Below, piece by piece: positions 25,454-40,113 of a stretch of DNA of 64,000 nt. The DNA is from an uncultured beta proteobacterium (GTDB lineage Bacteria; Pseudomonadota; Gammaproteobacteria; Burkholderiales; SG8-39), in contig CAWHBL010000023.1 of the NCBI GenBank assembly GCA_963827555.1, positions 29,568 through 93,567 of the forward strand, given 5' to 3'. How positions within the stretch are numbered: the first letter of the stretch is position 1; every line of letters begins with the position of its first letter. The position numbers and the translations under genes are program-made. The notes under the pieces were generated by a model. The model worked only from the letters and a program-made list of their open reading frames with translations, made no database searches and was not told the origin of the DNA.

Positions 25454-26010
25454 GTCCGCTCCGGTTCGCGCAGGCTCGCGCGCAGCTTCGTCAGGGCGTA
25501 CCGCAACCGGCTCTTCGCGGTCTCGCGATTGACGCCGGTCGCCGCGGCGATCTCCTCGACCGACAGTTCGCCCTCCTGCTGCAGCAGGAACGCTTCGCGC
25601 TGGGCGGCGGGCAGCGCCTCGATCGCGGCGAGGAGCTGCGCCGCCGTCTCGCGGCGCTCCGCCGTCTGGTCGGGCCGCGGCAGATCGGTGGGGACGTCCG
25701 CGGCGGGATCGTCCTCGTAGCTCACCAGCGCGCCGCGGGCGCTCGAGCGGAAGTGGTCCATGAGGCGGTTGTGCGCGATCGTGAAGAGCCAGGTGGTGAA
25801 CTTCGCGCGCGGCTCGTAGCCGGCGCGGGCATCGATCAGCTTGAGCCACACGTCCTGGAACAGCTCCTCGGCGAGCGCCGCGTTGCCGGTCTGCCGGCGC
25901 AGGTATCTCAGCACCGCGCCCTTGTGGCGCGCGTACAGCACGTCGAACGCGGCCGCGTCACCCGCGCCGTAGGCGAGCATCAGCTCCTCGTCGGGCCGCC
26001 CGGGCTCCAT
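25450..26010 (-). CDS. ECF RNA polymerase sigma factor
   Basis: GDAAAFDVLYARH, AEELFQDVW, FTTWLFTIAHNRLMD, ETAKSRLRYA. Confidence 0.95.
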   Translation of the reverse strand: MEPGRPDEELMLAYGAGDAAAFDVLYARHKGAVLRYLRRQTGNAALAEELFQDVWLKLIDARAGYEPRAKFTTWLFTIAHNRLMDHFRSSARGALVSYEDDPAADVPTDLPRPDQTAERRETAAQLLAAIEALPAAQREAFLLQQEGELSVEEIAAATGVNRETAKSRLRYALTKLRASLREPERT

Positions 26011-26063
26011 GAGCGCGGAGTGTAGCCGCCCGGAGCGTGGTAAAGCGCACGCGCTACCCCCTG

Positions 26064-26093
26064 AAGAACGTTCCCGGCCGCTGTTTGGGGTTA
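26064..26093 (-). promoter_or_regulatory. Putative autoregulatory ECF promoter TAACCC-N17-CGTTCTT
   Basis: Second copy of the motif, about 55 bp upstream of the sigma start codon. Confidence 0.65.
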
Positions 26094-26128
26094 GACTTTG
26101 GCCATTCGGTCAACTGGATACGCTACGA

Positions 26129-26656
26129 ATGCGTCTCCATCAGCTCAAGATCGAGTTCGTCGCCGAGCACGACCGGCTGCTGATGCGGCTCGCCACCGAC
26201 AGCGGCAGCGAAGTGCTCGTCTGGCTCACGCGCCGCTGCGTCAAGCGGCTCTGGCCGCTGCTCCTCAACATGGCCCAGACGACGCCGGACATAGCGTTGC
26301 AGCAGAACCCCGAGGCGAAGCGCGCCCTGCTCGGCTTCCAGCACGAGAAAGCGGTCCGGCAGGCGGACTTCTCCAAGCCTTACGAGGAAGCGCAGCGCGA
26401 ACGGCCGCTCGGCCAGACCCCGCTGCTCATCACGCGTATCCAGCCGCGGCGCGACCAGCTGGGCCGCCACGTGCTCGGGCTGCTGCCCACGGTCGGGCAG
26501 GGCGTGCACATCACCCTCGACGACAACCTCCTGCACGGCGTCGTCAAGCTTATCCAGAACGCCGTCGCGCGCGCCGACTGGGATCTCGAGCTGCAGGTGC
26601 CCACCGGCCTCGCCGCGGCCGTGCCCGAGGAGAGCGGCCGCCCGACGATCAACTGA
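26129..26656 (+). CDS. Conserved hypothetical protein
   Basis: MRLHQLKIEFVAEHDRLLMRL...WLTRR; normal codon usage. Confidence 0.75.
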   Translation: MRLHQLKIEFVAEHDRLLMRLATDSGSEVLVWLTRRCVKRLWPLLLNMAQTTPDIALQQNPEAKRALLGFQHEKAVRQADFSKPYEEAQRERPLGQTPLLITRIQPRRDQLGRHVLGLLPTVGQGVHITLDDNLLHGVVKLIQNAVARADWDLELQVPTGLAAAVPEESGRPTIN

Positions 26657-26675
26657 CGCGCGCGGACGGCGCGCG

Positions 26676-28562
26676 TCACTCGATCGCCTCGAGCTCGGCC
26701 TGCACGCGCAGCCACTCGCTTTCCGTCTGTTCCAGCGCCTCGGCGCATCGTGCCTGGTCGCGGAGCGCCGCGGCGACTTCGTCCTGATCGCCTTGCGCGT
26801 AGAACTCCGCGGAGGCGAGCTTCGCTTCGATCCGCGACTTCTCGCCTGCCAGGCGGTCCATCTCCGCCTCGAGCTTCTTCAGCCGGTTCTCGAGCGGCTT
26901 GCGGGTCCGGGCGCGCGCCTGCCTCGCCTCGGCTTCCGCCCGCTTCTCGCTGCGGCGCGACGCCCCGCTCTCCGCGCGCGGCCGGGCGGCCGCGCGCCGT
27001 GCCGCGAGCCAGTCGCGGTAGTCGTCCAGGTCGCCATCGAACGGCGCCAGCGCCCCGTCGGCGACGACCATCAGCGTGTCGGTCGCGGTCCGCAGCAGAT
27101 GGCGGTCGTGCGAGACGAGCACCATCGCGCCCTCGTACTCCTGCAGCGCGAGCGCCACCGCCTCCCGCATGTCGAGGTCGAGGTGGTTCGTCGGCTCGTC
27201 GAGCAGCAGCAGGTTCGGCTGCTGCCAGACCACGAGGGCGAGCGCCAGGCGCGCGCGTTCGCCGCCCGAGAACCCGGCGACCGGTGCGAGCGCCATGTCG
27301 CCGGAGAAATCGAAGCTGCCGAGGAAGTCGCGGAGCGCCTGCTCGCGCGTCGCGCCGTCGAGCCGTCGCAGGTGCTGGAGCGGCGTCTCGTCCGGGCGCA
27401 GCACCTCGAGCGTGTGCTGCGCGAAGTAGCCGACCCGCAGCCCCTTGCCCTCCCGGCGCGCGCCCGCGAGCGGCGCGAGCAGCCCCGCGGCGAGCTTGAC
27501 GAGCGTCGTCTTGCCCGCGCCGTTGCGGCCGAGGAGACCGATGCGCGCGCCCGCCTGGATCGTGAGCTTGACGTTCGCGAGCACCGCGGCGCCGTCGTAG
27601 CCGGCGGCGGTGTCCTCCAGGACGAGCACCGGGTCGGGGCTGCCCGGAAAGTCGCGGAAGTGGAAGTCGAACGGCGAATCGACGTGCGCCGGCGCGATCA
27701 GCTCCATGCGCTCGAGCGCCTTCAGCCGGCTCTGCGCCTGGCGCGCCTTGGTCGCCTTCGCCCGGAAGCGGTCGATGAACGCTTCGAGACGCGCCACCTC
27801 GCGCTGCTGACGGGCGTAGAGCGCCTGCTCGTTCGCGAGGCGCTCGGCCCGCGCGGCCTCGAACGCCGAATAGTTGCCGGTGTAGCGGCGCAACGATCGG
27901 TTCTCGAAGCTGACGACCGTCGCGGCGACGGCGTCGAGAAACTCGCGGTCGTGGGAGACGAGCGCGAGCGTGCCCTGGTAGCCGCGGAGCCAGCCCTCCA
28001 GCCAGACGATCGCGTCGAGGTCGAGGTGGTTCGTCGGCTCGTCGAGGAGCAGCAGGTCCGACGGGCACATCAGCGCGCGCGCGAGGTTGAGCCGCATGCG
28101 CCAGCCGCCGGAGAACTCGGCGACGCTCCGCTCGAGGTCCGACGGCGCGAAGCCCAGGCCGTCGAGCATCGCCGCGGCGCGCGCGCGCGCCGAGTAGCCG
28201 TCCCGGTGCGCGATCTCCTCGTGCGCGTGCGCGAGGCGCTCGCCGTCGCCCGCCCGCTCGGCGTCGGCGAGCTCGCGCTCGGCGCGCCGCAACCCCTCGT
28301 CGCCGTCGATGACGAACTCGATTGCCGCGCGGTCGAGCGCGGTCGTCTCCTGGGCGACGTGGGCGATCGTCCACCGCGGCGGCAACTCGACGTCGCCGGC
28401 ATCCGGGTGCAACTCGCCACGGAGGAGCGCGAACAGGCTCGACTTCCCGCAGCCGTTCGGGCCGACCACGCCGACTCGCTCGCCGGGATGAATGGCGAGG
28501 TCCGCGCCGTCGAGCAGGAGCTTGGCGCCGCGGCGGAGCGTCAGTTTGCGCAGCGTGATCAC
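26676..28562 (-). CDS. ABC-F family ATPase (YheS-like)
   Basis: Two ABC cassettes (GPNGCGKS/FSGGWRMR/LLDEPTNHLD; GRNGAGKT/FSGGERAR), no TM segments, C-terminal coiled coil. Confidence 0.93.
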   Translation of the reverse strand: MITLRKLTLRRGAKLLLDGADLAIHPGERVGVVGPNGCGKSSLFALLRGELHPDAGDVELPPRWTIAHVAQETTALDRAAIEFVIDGDEGLRRAERELADAERAGDGERLAHAHEEIAHRDGYSARARAAAMLDGLGFAPSDLERSVAEFSGGWRMRLNLARALMCPSDLLLLDEPTNHLDLDAIVWLEGWLRGYQGTLALVSHDREFLDAVAATVVSFENRSLRRYTGNYSAFEAARAERLANEQALYARQQREVARLEAFIDRFRAKATKARQAQSRLKALERMELIAPAHVDSPFDFHFRDFPGSPDPVLVLEDTAAGYDGAAVLANVKLTIQAGARIGLLGRNGAGKTTLVKLAAGLLAPLAGARREGKGLRVGYFAQHTLEVLRPDETPLQHLRRLDGATREQALRDFLGSFDFSGDMALAPVAGFSGGERARLALALVVWQQPNLLLLDEPTNHLDLDMREAVALALQEYEGAMVLVSHDRHLLRTATDTLMVVADGALAPFDGDLDDYRDWLAARRAAARPRAESGASRRSEKRAEAEARQARARTRKPLENRLKKLEAEMDRLAGEKSRIEAKLASAEFYAQGDQDEVAAALRDQARCAEALEQTESEWLRVQAELEAIE

Positions 28563-28747
28563 GGGGCCGGAATGTAGCCGATCGCCTCGAAGTGCGGCAT
28601 TTCCTGCTATCGGCGCCCGGTCGCCCTGCTATACTCCGCCCCGTCAATGATTTAGGGCCGCACCGGCTTCATCCCCCTGGACCCCGACCGTCCTCTCCCG
28701 ATCCCGCGGATCGCGCGCGGGAATCGCGTCTCCCGGAGCCCCGCTGT

Positions 28748-30156
<1,409 letters not shown>

Positions 30157-30160
<4 letters not shown>

Positions 30161-30918
30161 ACGCAGCGCGCGCCGTCGACCTCCAGGCACACGCCGCTGA
30201 TGAACGCCGCCTCGTCCGAGGCGAGATAGAGCACCGCGTTCGCGATGTCGAGCGGCGTCGATGGCCGCCCGAGCGGGATCGTCGCGACGAACTTCGCCTC
30301 CACTTCCGGCGTGAGCTTCCCGCCGACGAAATCGGCCGAAAGGCCGGTGAAGGGGCTGAACACCGGGTTCACCACGTTCACCCGGATCTTGTCGGGCCCC
30401 AGCTCCCCCGCCATCGAGCGGCTCATCGTGATCACGGCACCTTTGCTCGAGTTGTAGACCGTCAGCCCGGGCCGCGGCCGTACGCCGGCGGTCGACGCAA
30501 TGTTCACGAACGCGCCGCCGCCCTGCTTGCGGAACACCGGCACGACGTGCTTTGCCGAGAGGAAGATCGAGCGCACGTTGATCGCGTAGACCCGTTCGAA
30601 CTCCTCTTCGGTCACCTCCAGCAGCGGCTTGTTGCGGTGGGTCCACCCGGCGTTGTTCACGACGACGTCGATCCGGCCGAACGCCGCGAGCGTCGCTTTG
30701 GTCATCGCGGCCCAGTCGGCGCTGACGGCGACGTCGGCCCGCGCAACCTCGGCCACACCGCCGTCCTTCCGGATCGCGGCGGCGACGCGCTCCGCGCCGG
30801 CCAGTTGAATGTCGTTCACCACCACTTTCGCGCCCTCTTCGGCGAGCCGTTTGGCGATGCCCTCGCCGAAGCCGGATCCGGCGCCGGTTACCACGATCAC
30901 CTTGTCCTTCAGCCGCAT
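30157..30918 (-). CDS. Short-chain dehydrogenase/reductase (FabG-like)
   Basis: TGAGSGFG, NNAG, YNSSK. Confidence 0.92.
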
Positions 30919-30999
30919 GGTTGCCTCCGTTCCGCGTCCGGGCGATTATCCGGCCCGCCGCGCGCAGCGGTCAAACCGCGCACATATAATGCGCCCGTC

Positions 31000-31548
31000 A
31001 TGAACCTGGACCGCGTGAGCCCCGGCAAGGACGTCCCCGACGACTGCAACGTCATCGTCGAGATCCCGATGCACGCGGTGCCGATCAAGTACGAGATCGA
31101 CAAGCAGACCGGCGCGATGTTCGTCGACCGGTTCCTCGCGACGTCGATGCACTACCCGTGCAACTACGGCTACGTGCCGCGCACGCTCTCGGGCGACGGC
31201 GACCCGGTCGACGTGCTGGTGGTGAGCCCGCTGCCGATCGTGCCCGGGGCGGTCGTGCGCTGCCGCCCGATCGGCATGCTGAAGATGGAGGACGAGGCGG
31301 GCGACGACACCAAGGTGCTGGCGGTGCCGATCGACCGGCTCTCGCCGCTCTACCGCAGCGTGCAGTCGGCGCGCGACCTGCCCGAGATCACGCTCGCGCA
31401 GATCGCGCACTTCTTCGAGCACTACAAGGATCTCGAGCGCGGGAAATGGGTCAAAGTGGTGGGCTGGGCGGGGCCGGAGGACGCGAAGCGGGAGATCCTC
31501 GCCGGCGTGGCGGCCTACAAGAAGGCGAAGAAGAAGCCGGCGTTCTGA
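31000..31548 (+). CDS. ppa: Soluble inorganic pyrophosphatase
   Basis: KYEIDK, YPCNYGY, DGDPVDVLV, FFEHYKDLE. Confidence 0.96.
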   Translation: MNLDRVSPGKDVPDDCNVIVEIPMHAVPIKYEIDKQTGAMFVDRFLATSMHYPCNYGYVPRTLSGDGDPVDVLVVSPLPIVPGAVVRCRPIGMLKMEDEAGDDTKVLAVPIDRLSPLYRSVQSARDLPEITLAQIAHFFEHYKDLERGKWVKVVGWAGPEDAKREILAGVAAYKKAKKKPAF

Positions 31549-31577
31549 GCGGCAAGCGGCAACGGACAGGAGGTCCT

Positions 31578-32004
31578 ATGAGCAAGAGCATTGCGAGGGT
31601 GGCGCTCGCCGGAGCGTTCGCCGCGTCGGTGGCGATCGCGCAGACGGTGCCGGAGCAGGTGCCCGCGAAGCGCCCGGACGGCTCGGTCGTCCATCCCGAC
31701 GCGGCGGGGAGCGGCGCGGCGGAGCAGGGTTCGGCGTTGCGCCCGGACGGCTCGGTCGTCCGTCCCGACGCGGCGGGGATCACCCGGACCGCGCCGGACC
31801 CGATCACCGTGCGGCGGCCCGACGGCACGGTCGTCCATTCCCGTCCCGACGTGCAGCCCCCGCAGTCGTCCCCGGCGACGGACGCCAGGGCCGACGAGCG
31901 CGAGCGGATGCGGCAGCAGGCGCAGCAGGCGGCCGAGGAGCGCATCGAGCGGAGCCGCCGCGAGCGCGAGGCCGCGGGCTCGAGCCCGGCGCGCCAGGTC
32001 GCCC

Positions 32005-32021
<17 letters not shown>
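31578..32021 (+). CDS. Exported hypothetical protein with three RPDG(S/T)VV repeats
   Basis: RBS aggagg; signal peptide MSKSIARVALAGAFAASVAIA; internal repeats; charged helical tail. Confidence 0.7.
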
Positions 32022-33615
<1,594 letters not shown>

Positions 33616-33621
33616 GCGCCG

Positions 33622-34176
33622 TCATCCCTTAAGCAGCACCAGCATCGCGCCGCTGCCGCCCTGCGCCGCGGGTGCCTGGCAGAACGCCAGGACCTCCTCG
33701 CGCTGCGCGAGCCACAACCTCACCTTGCCCTTGAGCACCGGCTCGCGGTTCTTCGAGCCGAGCCCCTTGCCGTGCACGATGCGGACGCAGCGCCGCGCGC
33801 GGCGCACCGCTTCGCGAACGAAGGCGGCGACCGCCTCGCGCGCCTCGGGGCGGGTCATGCCGTGGAGGTCGAGCTCGTCCTGCACCACCCAGTGACCGCG
33901 CCGCAGCTTGCGCAACACCTGCCGCGACAGGCCGTCGCGGAGGAACGCCGCCTCCTCGCCGGTCTCGAGCGCGCTCTCCGGATCGAGCGCGGCATCGCGG
34001 CTCTCGGCGAGCGCCGCGTGCTCGTCGAGCAGCGCCTGGACGGCGATCGCCGGCCCGGGCGGCGGCGCCGGCGCGCGGCGCGGCGCAGCGCGCAGCGGGA
34101 CCGCGTCGCCCACCGCCGACCGGAAGAGCGCGGCGCCGTCGTCCTCCTCTGCTGGCGGGGTTGGCGGACGCTTCAT
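33622..34176 (-). CDS. Smr/MutS2 domain protein
   Basis: LDLHGMT, IVHGKGLGS, GGSGA. Confidence 0.9.
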   Translation of the reverse strand: MKRPPTPPAEEDDGAALFRSAVGDAVPLRAAPRRAPAPPPGPAIAVQALLDEHAALAESRDAALDPESALETGEEAAFLRDGLSRQVLRKLRRGHWVVQDELDLHGMTRPEAREAVAAFVREAVRRARRCVRIVHGKGLGSKNREPVLKGKVRLWLAQREEVLAFCQAPAAQGGSGAMLVLLKG

Positions 34177-34181
34177 GGCTC

Positions 34182-35213
<1,032 letters not shown>

Positions 35214-35299
35214 TTACCTTAAAAACGCGCGATAAACTTATGTTTATCCTAGGTTCGCGCGCTATACTCCGCGCTGGGAGCTGCCATCAGGACCGGTCC

Positions 35300-36223
35300 T
35301 GACCAACGAAACAACAACCGGGGTTTCGGCGCGGACCGGCCTCGTTGCGCTGCTTTGCCTGTTGACCTGGCAAACAGCCTTTGCGCAGACGCGGCCGGAG
35401 CGGCGGTATTCGAGGTCCGACGCTTCGCGATCGAAGGCGCGACCTTGCTCGCACCGGAGCGGATCGACGCGGCGCTCGCCCCGTACTATGGGGGCGGATC
35501 GCACGATCGACGACCTGCAACGGGCGCGTGCGGCGCTCGAATCGATGTACGCGCGGCGCGGCTACGGCGCCACCCAGGTGCTCCTGCCGGAGCAGGAGAT
35601 CAAGGACGGCGTGGTCCAGCCTGCGGGTGGTGGAGGTGAAGCTCGGCGCGATCCGGATCGAGGGGAATCGCTTCTTCGACGACGACGACGTCCGGGCGAG
35701 TCTGCCCGCGCTCATTCGGGCGAGCCGCTCGCGACCGGTCGGCTGGCGACGGAATTGCGACTCGCCAACGAGAACCCGGGTCCACCGCTGCCACGCGACC
35801 TCCAGACGCGCGTGCGGTTCACCGCGCAGTACACGTCGGACATGCTCCTGCCGGGCGAGCAGTTCGGCCTCGGCGGCATGGACTCGGTGCGCGGCTTCTT
35901 CGAGCGCGAGTTCACCGGCGACAAGGGTTTCTCCGGCTCGGTCGAGCTGTACTCGCCCGAGCTGGTGGCGCTGGACTCCGGGACGGCTTCGGACGTGCGC
36001 GTCCGGCTGCTCGCGTTCTACGACTACGGGCGGGCGTGGATCAACAACCCGCAGGTGCTCGAGCAGCGCGTCACCGGCATCTCGTCGGTCGGGCCCGGGG
36101 TTGCGCATCGCCTACCGGTCGAACGTGAGCCTGCGGCTCGACTACGGTTTCATCATCCAGCAGGGCACGCCCTCCAACCAGTCGAGCGGGCGGGCGAACT
36201 TCAGTCTGGTGTGGGTGTTCTGA
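35300..36223 (+). pseudogene. ShlB/FhaC/HecB (TpsB) outer-membrane transporter, frameshifted and internally deleted; start approximate
   Basis: POTRA-like FEVRRFAIEGATLL, LPEQEIKDGV, RLANENP; then jumps to EQFGLGGMDSVRGF and ends ...FSLVWVF*; only about 300 codons. Confidence 0.7.
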
Positions 36224-36420
36224 GGATTATGGATGGCGGACAGGAAGAGCGCGACTGGTCCGGATCTCGCTTGTGCAGGAATGCCGGCGGAAGCGGGGTG
36301 CTGACGCGCTCGATCGGGTTGTGGCCGCGGCGTTTGCACCTGACGCCGAGGGTCGCATAAGTGGCTCAATCTGCTAACATTGAGCCGGCGAGGAGTGAAT
36401 CCGTGAGGGGAGAAAAACGT

Positions 36421-37104
36421 ATGGCGGGCCCAGCGAGTGTTTCAACCCTGCTGCTGCGCAACGTGCCGTTGTTCGCGGCGTTGCCGGAAAGCCAACTGCA
36501 GTTGCTCACCCGGGTGGTCGGCCGCAAGTCCCACCCTCGCAACTCGACGATCATCGCCGCCGGCGACCCGACCGATGCGCTGTACATCGTGATCTCGGGC
36601 CGGCTCAAGGTCATGATGAGCGACGACGAGGGCCGCGAGGTCATCCTCGCCATCCTCAACCAGGGCGAGTTCTTCGGCGAGATGGGGCTGATCGACGAGG
36701 CACCGCGCTCGGCGACGGTAATCGCGATCGAGCCCTGCGAGCTGCTGACGATCAGCAAGCTCGACTTCAAGAAATGCCTGCAGGACAACTTCGACATCTG
36801 CACCGCGGTGATGAAGGGGCTGGTCAAGCGCCTGCGCGAGGCCGACAAGAAGATCGGGAGCCTCGCCCTCATGGACGTGTATGGCCGCGTCGCCCGCCTG
36901 CTGATGGAGATGGCGGAGCTGGTCGACGGCCAGCGGGTCGTGACGAAGAAGCTGCCGAAGCAGGACATCGCCAAGATGATCGGCGCGTCGCGCGAGATGG
37001 TGAGCCGCGTGATGAAGGATCTGCAGACGAGCGGCTACATCGAGGTGAAGGCCGGCTCGATCTTCCTGCGCGAGGCGATGCTGGTGTCGGAGGCCCGCGC
37101 GTAG
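36421..37104 (+). CDS. Crp/Fnr family transcriptional regulator
   Basis: [33 protein letters not shown]. Confidence 0.93.
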   Translation: MAGPASVSTLLLRNVPLFAALPESQLQLLTRVVGRKSHPRNSTIIAAGDPTDALYIVISGRLKVMMSDDEGREVILAILNQGEFFGEMGLIDEAPRSATVIAIEPCELLTISKLDFKKCLQDNFDICTAVMKGLVKRLREADKKIGSLALMDVYGRVARLLMEMAELVDGQRVVTKKLPKQDIAKMIGASREMVSRVMKDLQTSGYIEVKAGSIFLREAMLVSEARA

Positions 37105-37225
37105 TGCCGCAAGAGCTGCGGCGCGTTCACGCCGCGGCGCCGGGGAGGGTGGCCTCCCGCCCGGCGCTGATTCTCCCCTCGTCGCACGTTCGCCCGGCGC
37201 TGCCGGGCGAACTCGTTTTCCGGGC

Positions 37226-39493
37226 ATGAAAGCCGGCACCGCCGCCCAACCCCTGCCGGGCAAGATCGCGGCCCGGTTGCGCGAGGCCAAGTGGCTCGCG
37301 CTGGTCGCGGTCGCGGCCTACCTCGCGCTCATCCTCGGGACGTTCAATCGCGCCGACCCCGGGTGGTCGCACAGCGCCGCAGTCGAGCGCATCCACAACG
37401 CCGGCGGGCACGCCGGCGCCTGGGTCGCCGACCTGATGCTCTATCTCTTCGGCGTTTCGGCGTGGTGGTGGGTGGTCCTGCTCGTCTACGCCGTGATCTG
37501 GGGCTACCGCCGGCTGGACGGCTCGTCGATCTCCGACAAGCGGCCGTTCATCATCGCCCTCGCCGGCTTCTCCATGCTGCTCGTGTCCTCGTGCGGCCTC
37601 GAGGCGCTCCGGTTCCACTCGATCCAGGCGAGCCTGCCGCTCGCCCCGGGCGGGCTGTTCGGCGCGGTGCTCGGGCAGGTCCTCCACGCGACCTTCGGCT
37701 TCACCGGGGCCACGCTGCTGCTCCTCGCGATGGGCGCGATCGGGCTGTCGCTCTTCACCGGCGTGTCGTGGATCGGGCTGATGGAGGCGATCGGCCGCGC
37801 CTGCGAGTGGACGTGGTTCAAGACGATCGAGTCGTGGCAGCGGCGCGAGGACCGGAAGCTCGGCGAGATCGCCGCGGTGAAGCGGGAGATCGTCGTCGAG
37901 GCCGAGAAGAAGCGGGTCGAGGACCACGCCCCGATCAGGATCGAGGCGCCGGTCGCGGCCATCCCGAAGTCGGAGCGGGTGATCAAGGAGAAGCAGGTGC
38001 CGCTGTTCCAGGACCTGCCCGACACGCCGCTCCCGCCGCTCGCGCTGCTCGACGAGGCGCCGCCCGATCCGGAGCAGATGAGCCCCGAGACGCTCGAGTT
38101 CACCTCGCGGCTGATCGAGAAGAAGCTGAAGGACTTCGGCGTCGAGGTGAAGGTGCTCGCCGCCTACCCGGGACCGGTCATCACCCGCTACGAGGTCGAG
38201 CCGGCGGTGGGCGTCAAGGGCAGCCAGGTCGTCAACCTGGTGAAGGATCTCGCACGTGCGCTCTCGGTCGTGTCGATCCGTCTGGTCGAGACGATTCCCG
38301 GCAAGTCGTGCATGGGCCTCGAGATCCCGAACCCGCGGCGGCAGACGGTCCGCCTGACCGAGATCCTCGGCTCGAAGGCCTATCACGACCTGCACTCGCC
38401 GCTCACCCTCGCGCTCGGCAAGGACATCGGCGGCCACCCGGTGGTGGCGGACCTGACGCGGATGCCGCACCTGCTCGTCGCCGGCACGACCGGTTCCGGG
38501 AAGTCGGTGGCGCTGAACGCGATGATCCTGTCGCTCCTCTACAAGGCCGAGCCGCGCGACGTGCGGATGGTGATGGTCGACCCGAAGATGCTCGAGCTCT
38601 CGGTCTACCAGGACATCCCGCACCTGCTCGCGCCGGTCGTCACCGACATGAAGCAGGCGGCGTCCGCCTTGATGTGGTGCATCGGCGAGATGGAGCGGCG
38701 CTACAAGCTGATGTCGTGGCTCGGGGTGCGGAACCTCTCCGGGTTCAACCACAAGATCGCCGAAGCCGAGAAGCGCGGCGAGAAACTCGAGGATCCGAAC
38801 ACGATCGACACCGGGACGCCGGTGCCGCTCCAGCGCCTGCCGCACATCGTCGTGGTGATCGACGAGCTGGCCGACCTGATGATGGTGGTCGGGAAGAAGG
38901 TCGAGGAATTGATCGCGCGGCTCGCGCAGAAGGCGCGCGCCGCCGGCATCCATCTCCTGGTCGCGACCCAGCGGCCGTCGGTCGACGTCATCACCGGTCT
39001 GATCAAGGCCAACATCCCGACCCGGATCGCGTTCCAGGTGTCGTCGAAGGTCGACTCGCGGACGATCCTCGATCAGCAGGGCGCGGAGATGCTGCTCGGG
39101 CAGGGCGACATGCTCTATCTCCCGCCGGGCGTCGGGTTCCCGCAGCGCGTCCACGGCGCGTTCGTCGCCGACCAGGAGGTGCACAAGGTGGTCGAGTACC
39201 TCAAGCGGCAGGGCGAGCCCGACTACGTCGAGGGCTTGCTCGACGCCGACGAGGAGGGCGGTGGCGACCTCCTCCCCGGCGAGGGCGGCGGCGAGTCCGA
39301 CGCGCTCTACGACCAGGCGGTGGAGATCGTGATGCGCACGCGGCGGCCGTCGATCTCGCTGGTGCAGCGGCACCTGCGCATCGGGTACAACCGGGCGGCG
39401 CGCCTCCTCGAGCAGATGGAGCACGCGGGGCTCGTGTCGTCGATGCAGACGAACGGCAACCGCGAGGTGCTCGTCCCGAACCGGGCGGAGTAG
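37226..39493 (+). CDS. ftsK: DNA translocase FtsK
   Basis: N-terminal TMs, [30 protein letters not shown], gamma domain [13 protein letters not shown]. Confidence 0.97.
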   Translation: MKAGTAAQPLPGKIAARLREAKWLALVAVAAYLALILGTFNRADPGWSHSAAVERIHNAGGHAGAWVADLMLYLFGVSAWWWVVLLVYAVIWGYRRLDGSSISDKRPFIIALAGFSMLLVSSCGLEALRFHSIQASLPLAPGGLFGAVLGQVLHATFGFTGATLLLLAMGAIGLSLFTGVSWIGLMEAIGRACEWTWFKTIESWQRREDRKLGEIAAVKREIVVEAEKKRVEDHAPIRIEAPVAAIPKSERVIKEKQVPLFQDLPDTPLPPLALLDEAPPDPEQMSPETLEFTSRLIEKKLKDFGVEVKVLAAYPGPVITRYEVEPAVGVKGSQVVNLVKDLARALSVVSIRLVETIPGKSCMGLEIPNPRRQTVRLTEILGSKAYHDLHSPLTLALGKDIGGHPVVADLTRMPHLLVAGTTGSGKSVALNAMILSLLYKAEPRDVRMVMVDPKMLELSVYQDIPHLLAPVVTDMKQAASALMWCIGEMERRYKLMSWLGVRNLSGFNHKIAEAEKRGEKLEDPNTIDTGTPVPLQRLPHIVVVIDELADLMMVVGKKVEELIARLAQKARAAGIHLLVATQRPSVDVITGLIKANIPTRIAFQVSSKVDSRTILDQQGAEMLLGQGDMLYLPPGVGFPQRVHGAFVADQEVHKVVEYLKRQGEPDYVEGLLDADEEGGGDLLPGEGGGESDALYDQAVEIVMRTRRPSISLVQRHLRIGYNRAARLLEQMEHAGLVSSMQTNGNREVLVPNRAE

Positions 39494-39495
39494 CG

Positions 39496-40113
39496 ATGCG
39501 GTTCGTCCCGGCGGCAGCCGCCGCGCTGTGCATCGTCGCCGTTCCCGCGCACGCGTCCGGGATCGAACGTCTCAACCAGTTCATGACCACGACGGTCACG
39601 GCGACCGGCGAATTCGAGCAGCGCGTTCTCAACCGCGAGCGCAAGCTCATCCAGGAGTCGCGTGGCACCCTCGCGTTCGCCCGGCCGGGCAAGTTCCGCT
39701 GGACCTACTCGAAGCCCTATCCCCAGATCATCGTCGGCGACGGCGCGCGCGTCTGGGTGTACGACCAGGATCTCAACCAGGTCACCGTGCGCAAGATCGG
39801 CCAGGCGCTCGGCGCGACGCCCGCGGCCCTGCTCGCCGGCTCGAACGAGGCGCTCAAGGCGTTCGAGCTGAAGGACGACGGGACGCGCGACGGCCTCGAG
39901 TGGGTCGAGGCGATTCCGCGCGACAAGGAGTCGGGTTTCGAGCGCATCCGGCTGGGCTTCGGATTCTCGGGCATCGAACGCATGGAGCTCGTCGACGCCT
40001 TCGGGCAGACGACCGAGCTCCGGTTCAGCGGACTCCAGCGCAACCCCCGCGTCGACCCGGCGCTCTTCAGCTTCACGCCGCCCAAGGGCGCCGACGTCGT
40101 CGGCGACAAGTGA
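39496..40113 (+). CDS. lolA: Outer-membrane lipoprotein carrier LolA
   Basis: RPGKFRW, IVGDG, YDQDLNQVT, FTPPKGADV; ftsK-lolA-rarA order. Confidence 0.94.
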   Translation: MRFVPAAAAALCIVAVPAHASGIERLNQFMTTTVTATGEFEQRVLNRERKLIQESRGTLAFARPGKFRWTYSKPYPQIIVGDGARVWVYDQDLNQVTVRKIGQALGATPAALLAGSNEALKAFELKDDGTRDGLEWVEAIPRDKESGFERIRLGFGFSGIERMELVDAFGQTTELRFSGLQRNPRVDPALFSFTPPKGADVVGDK

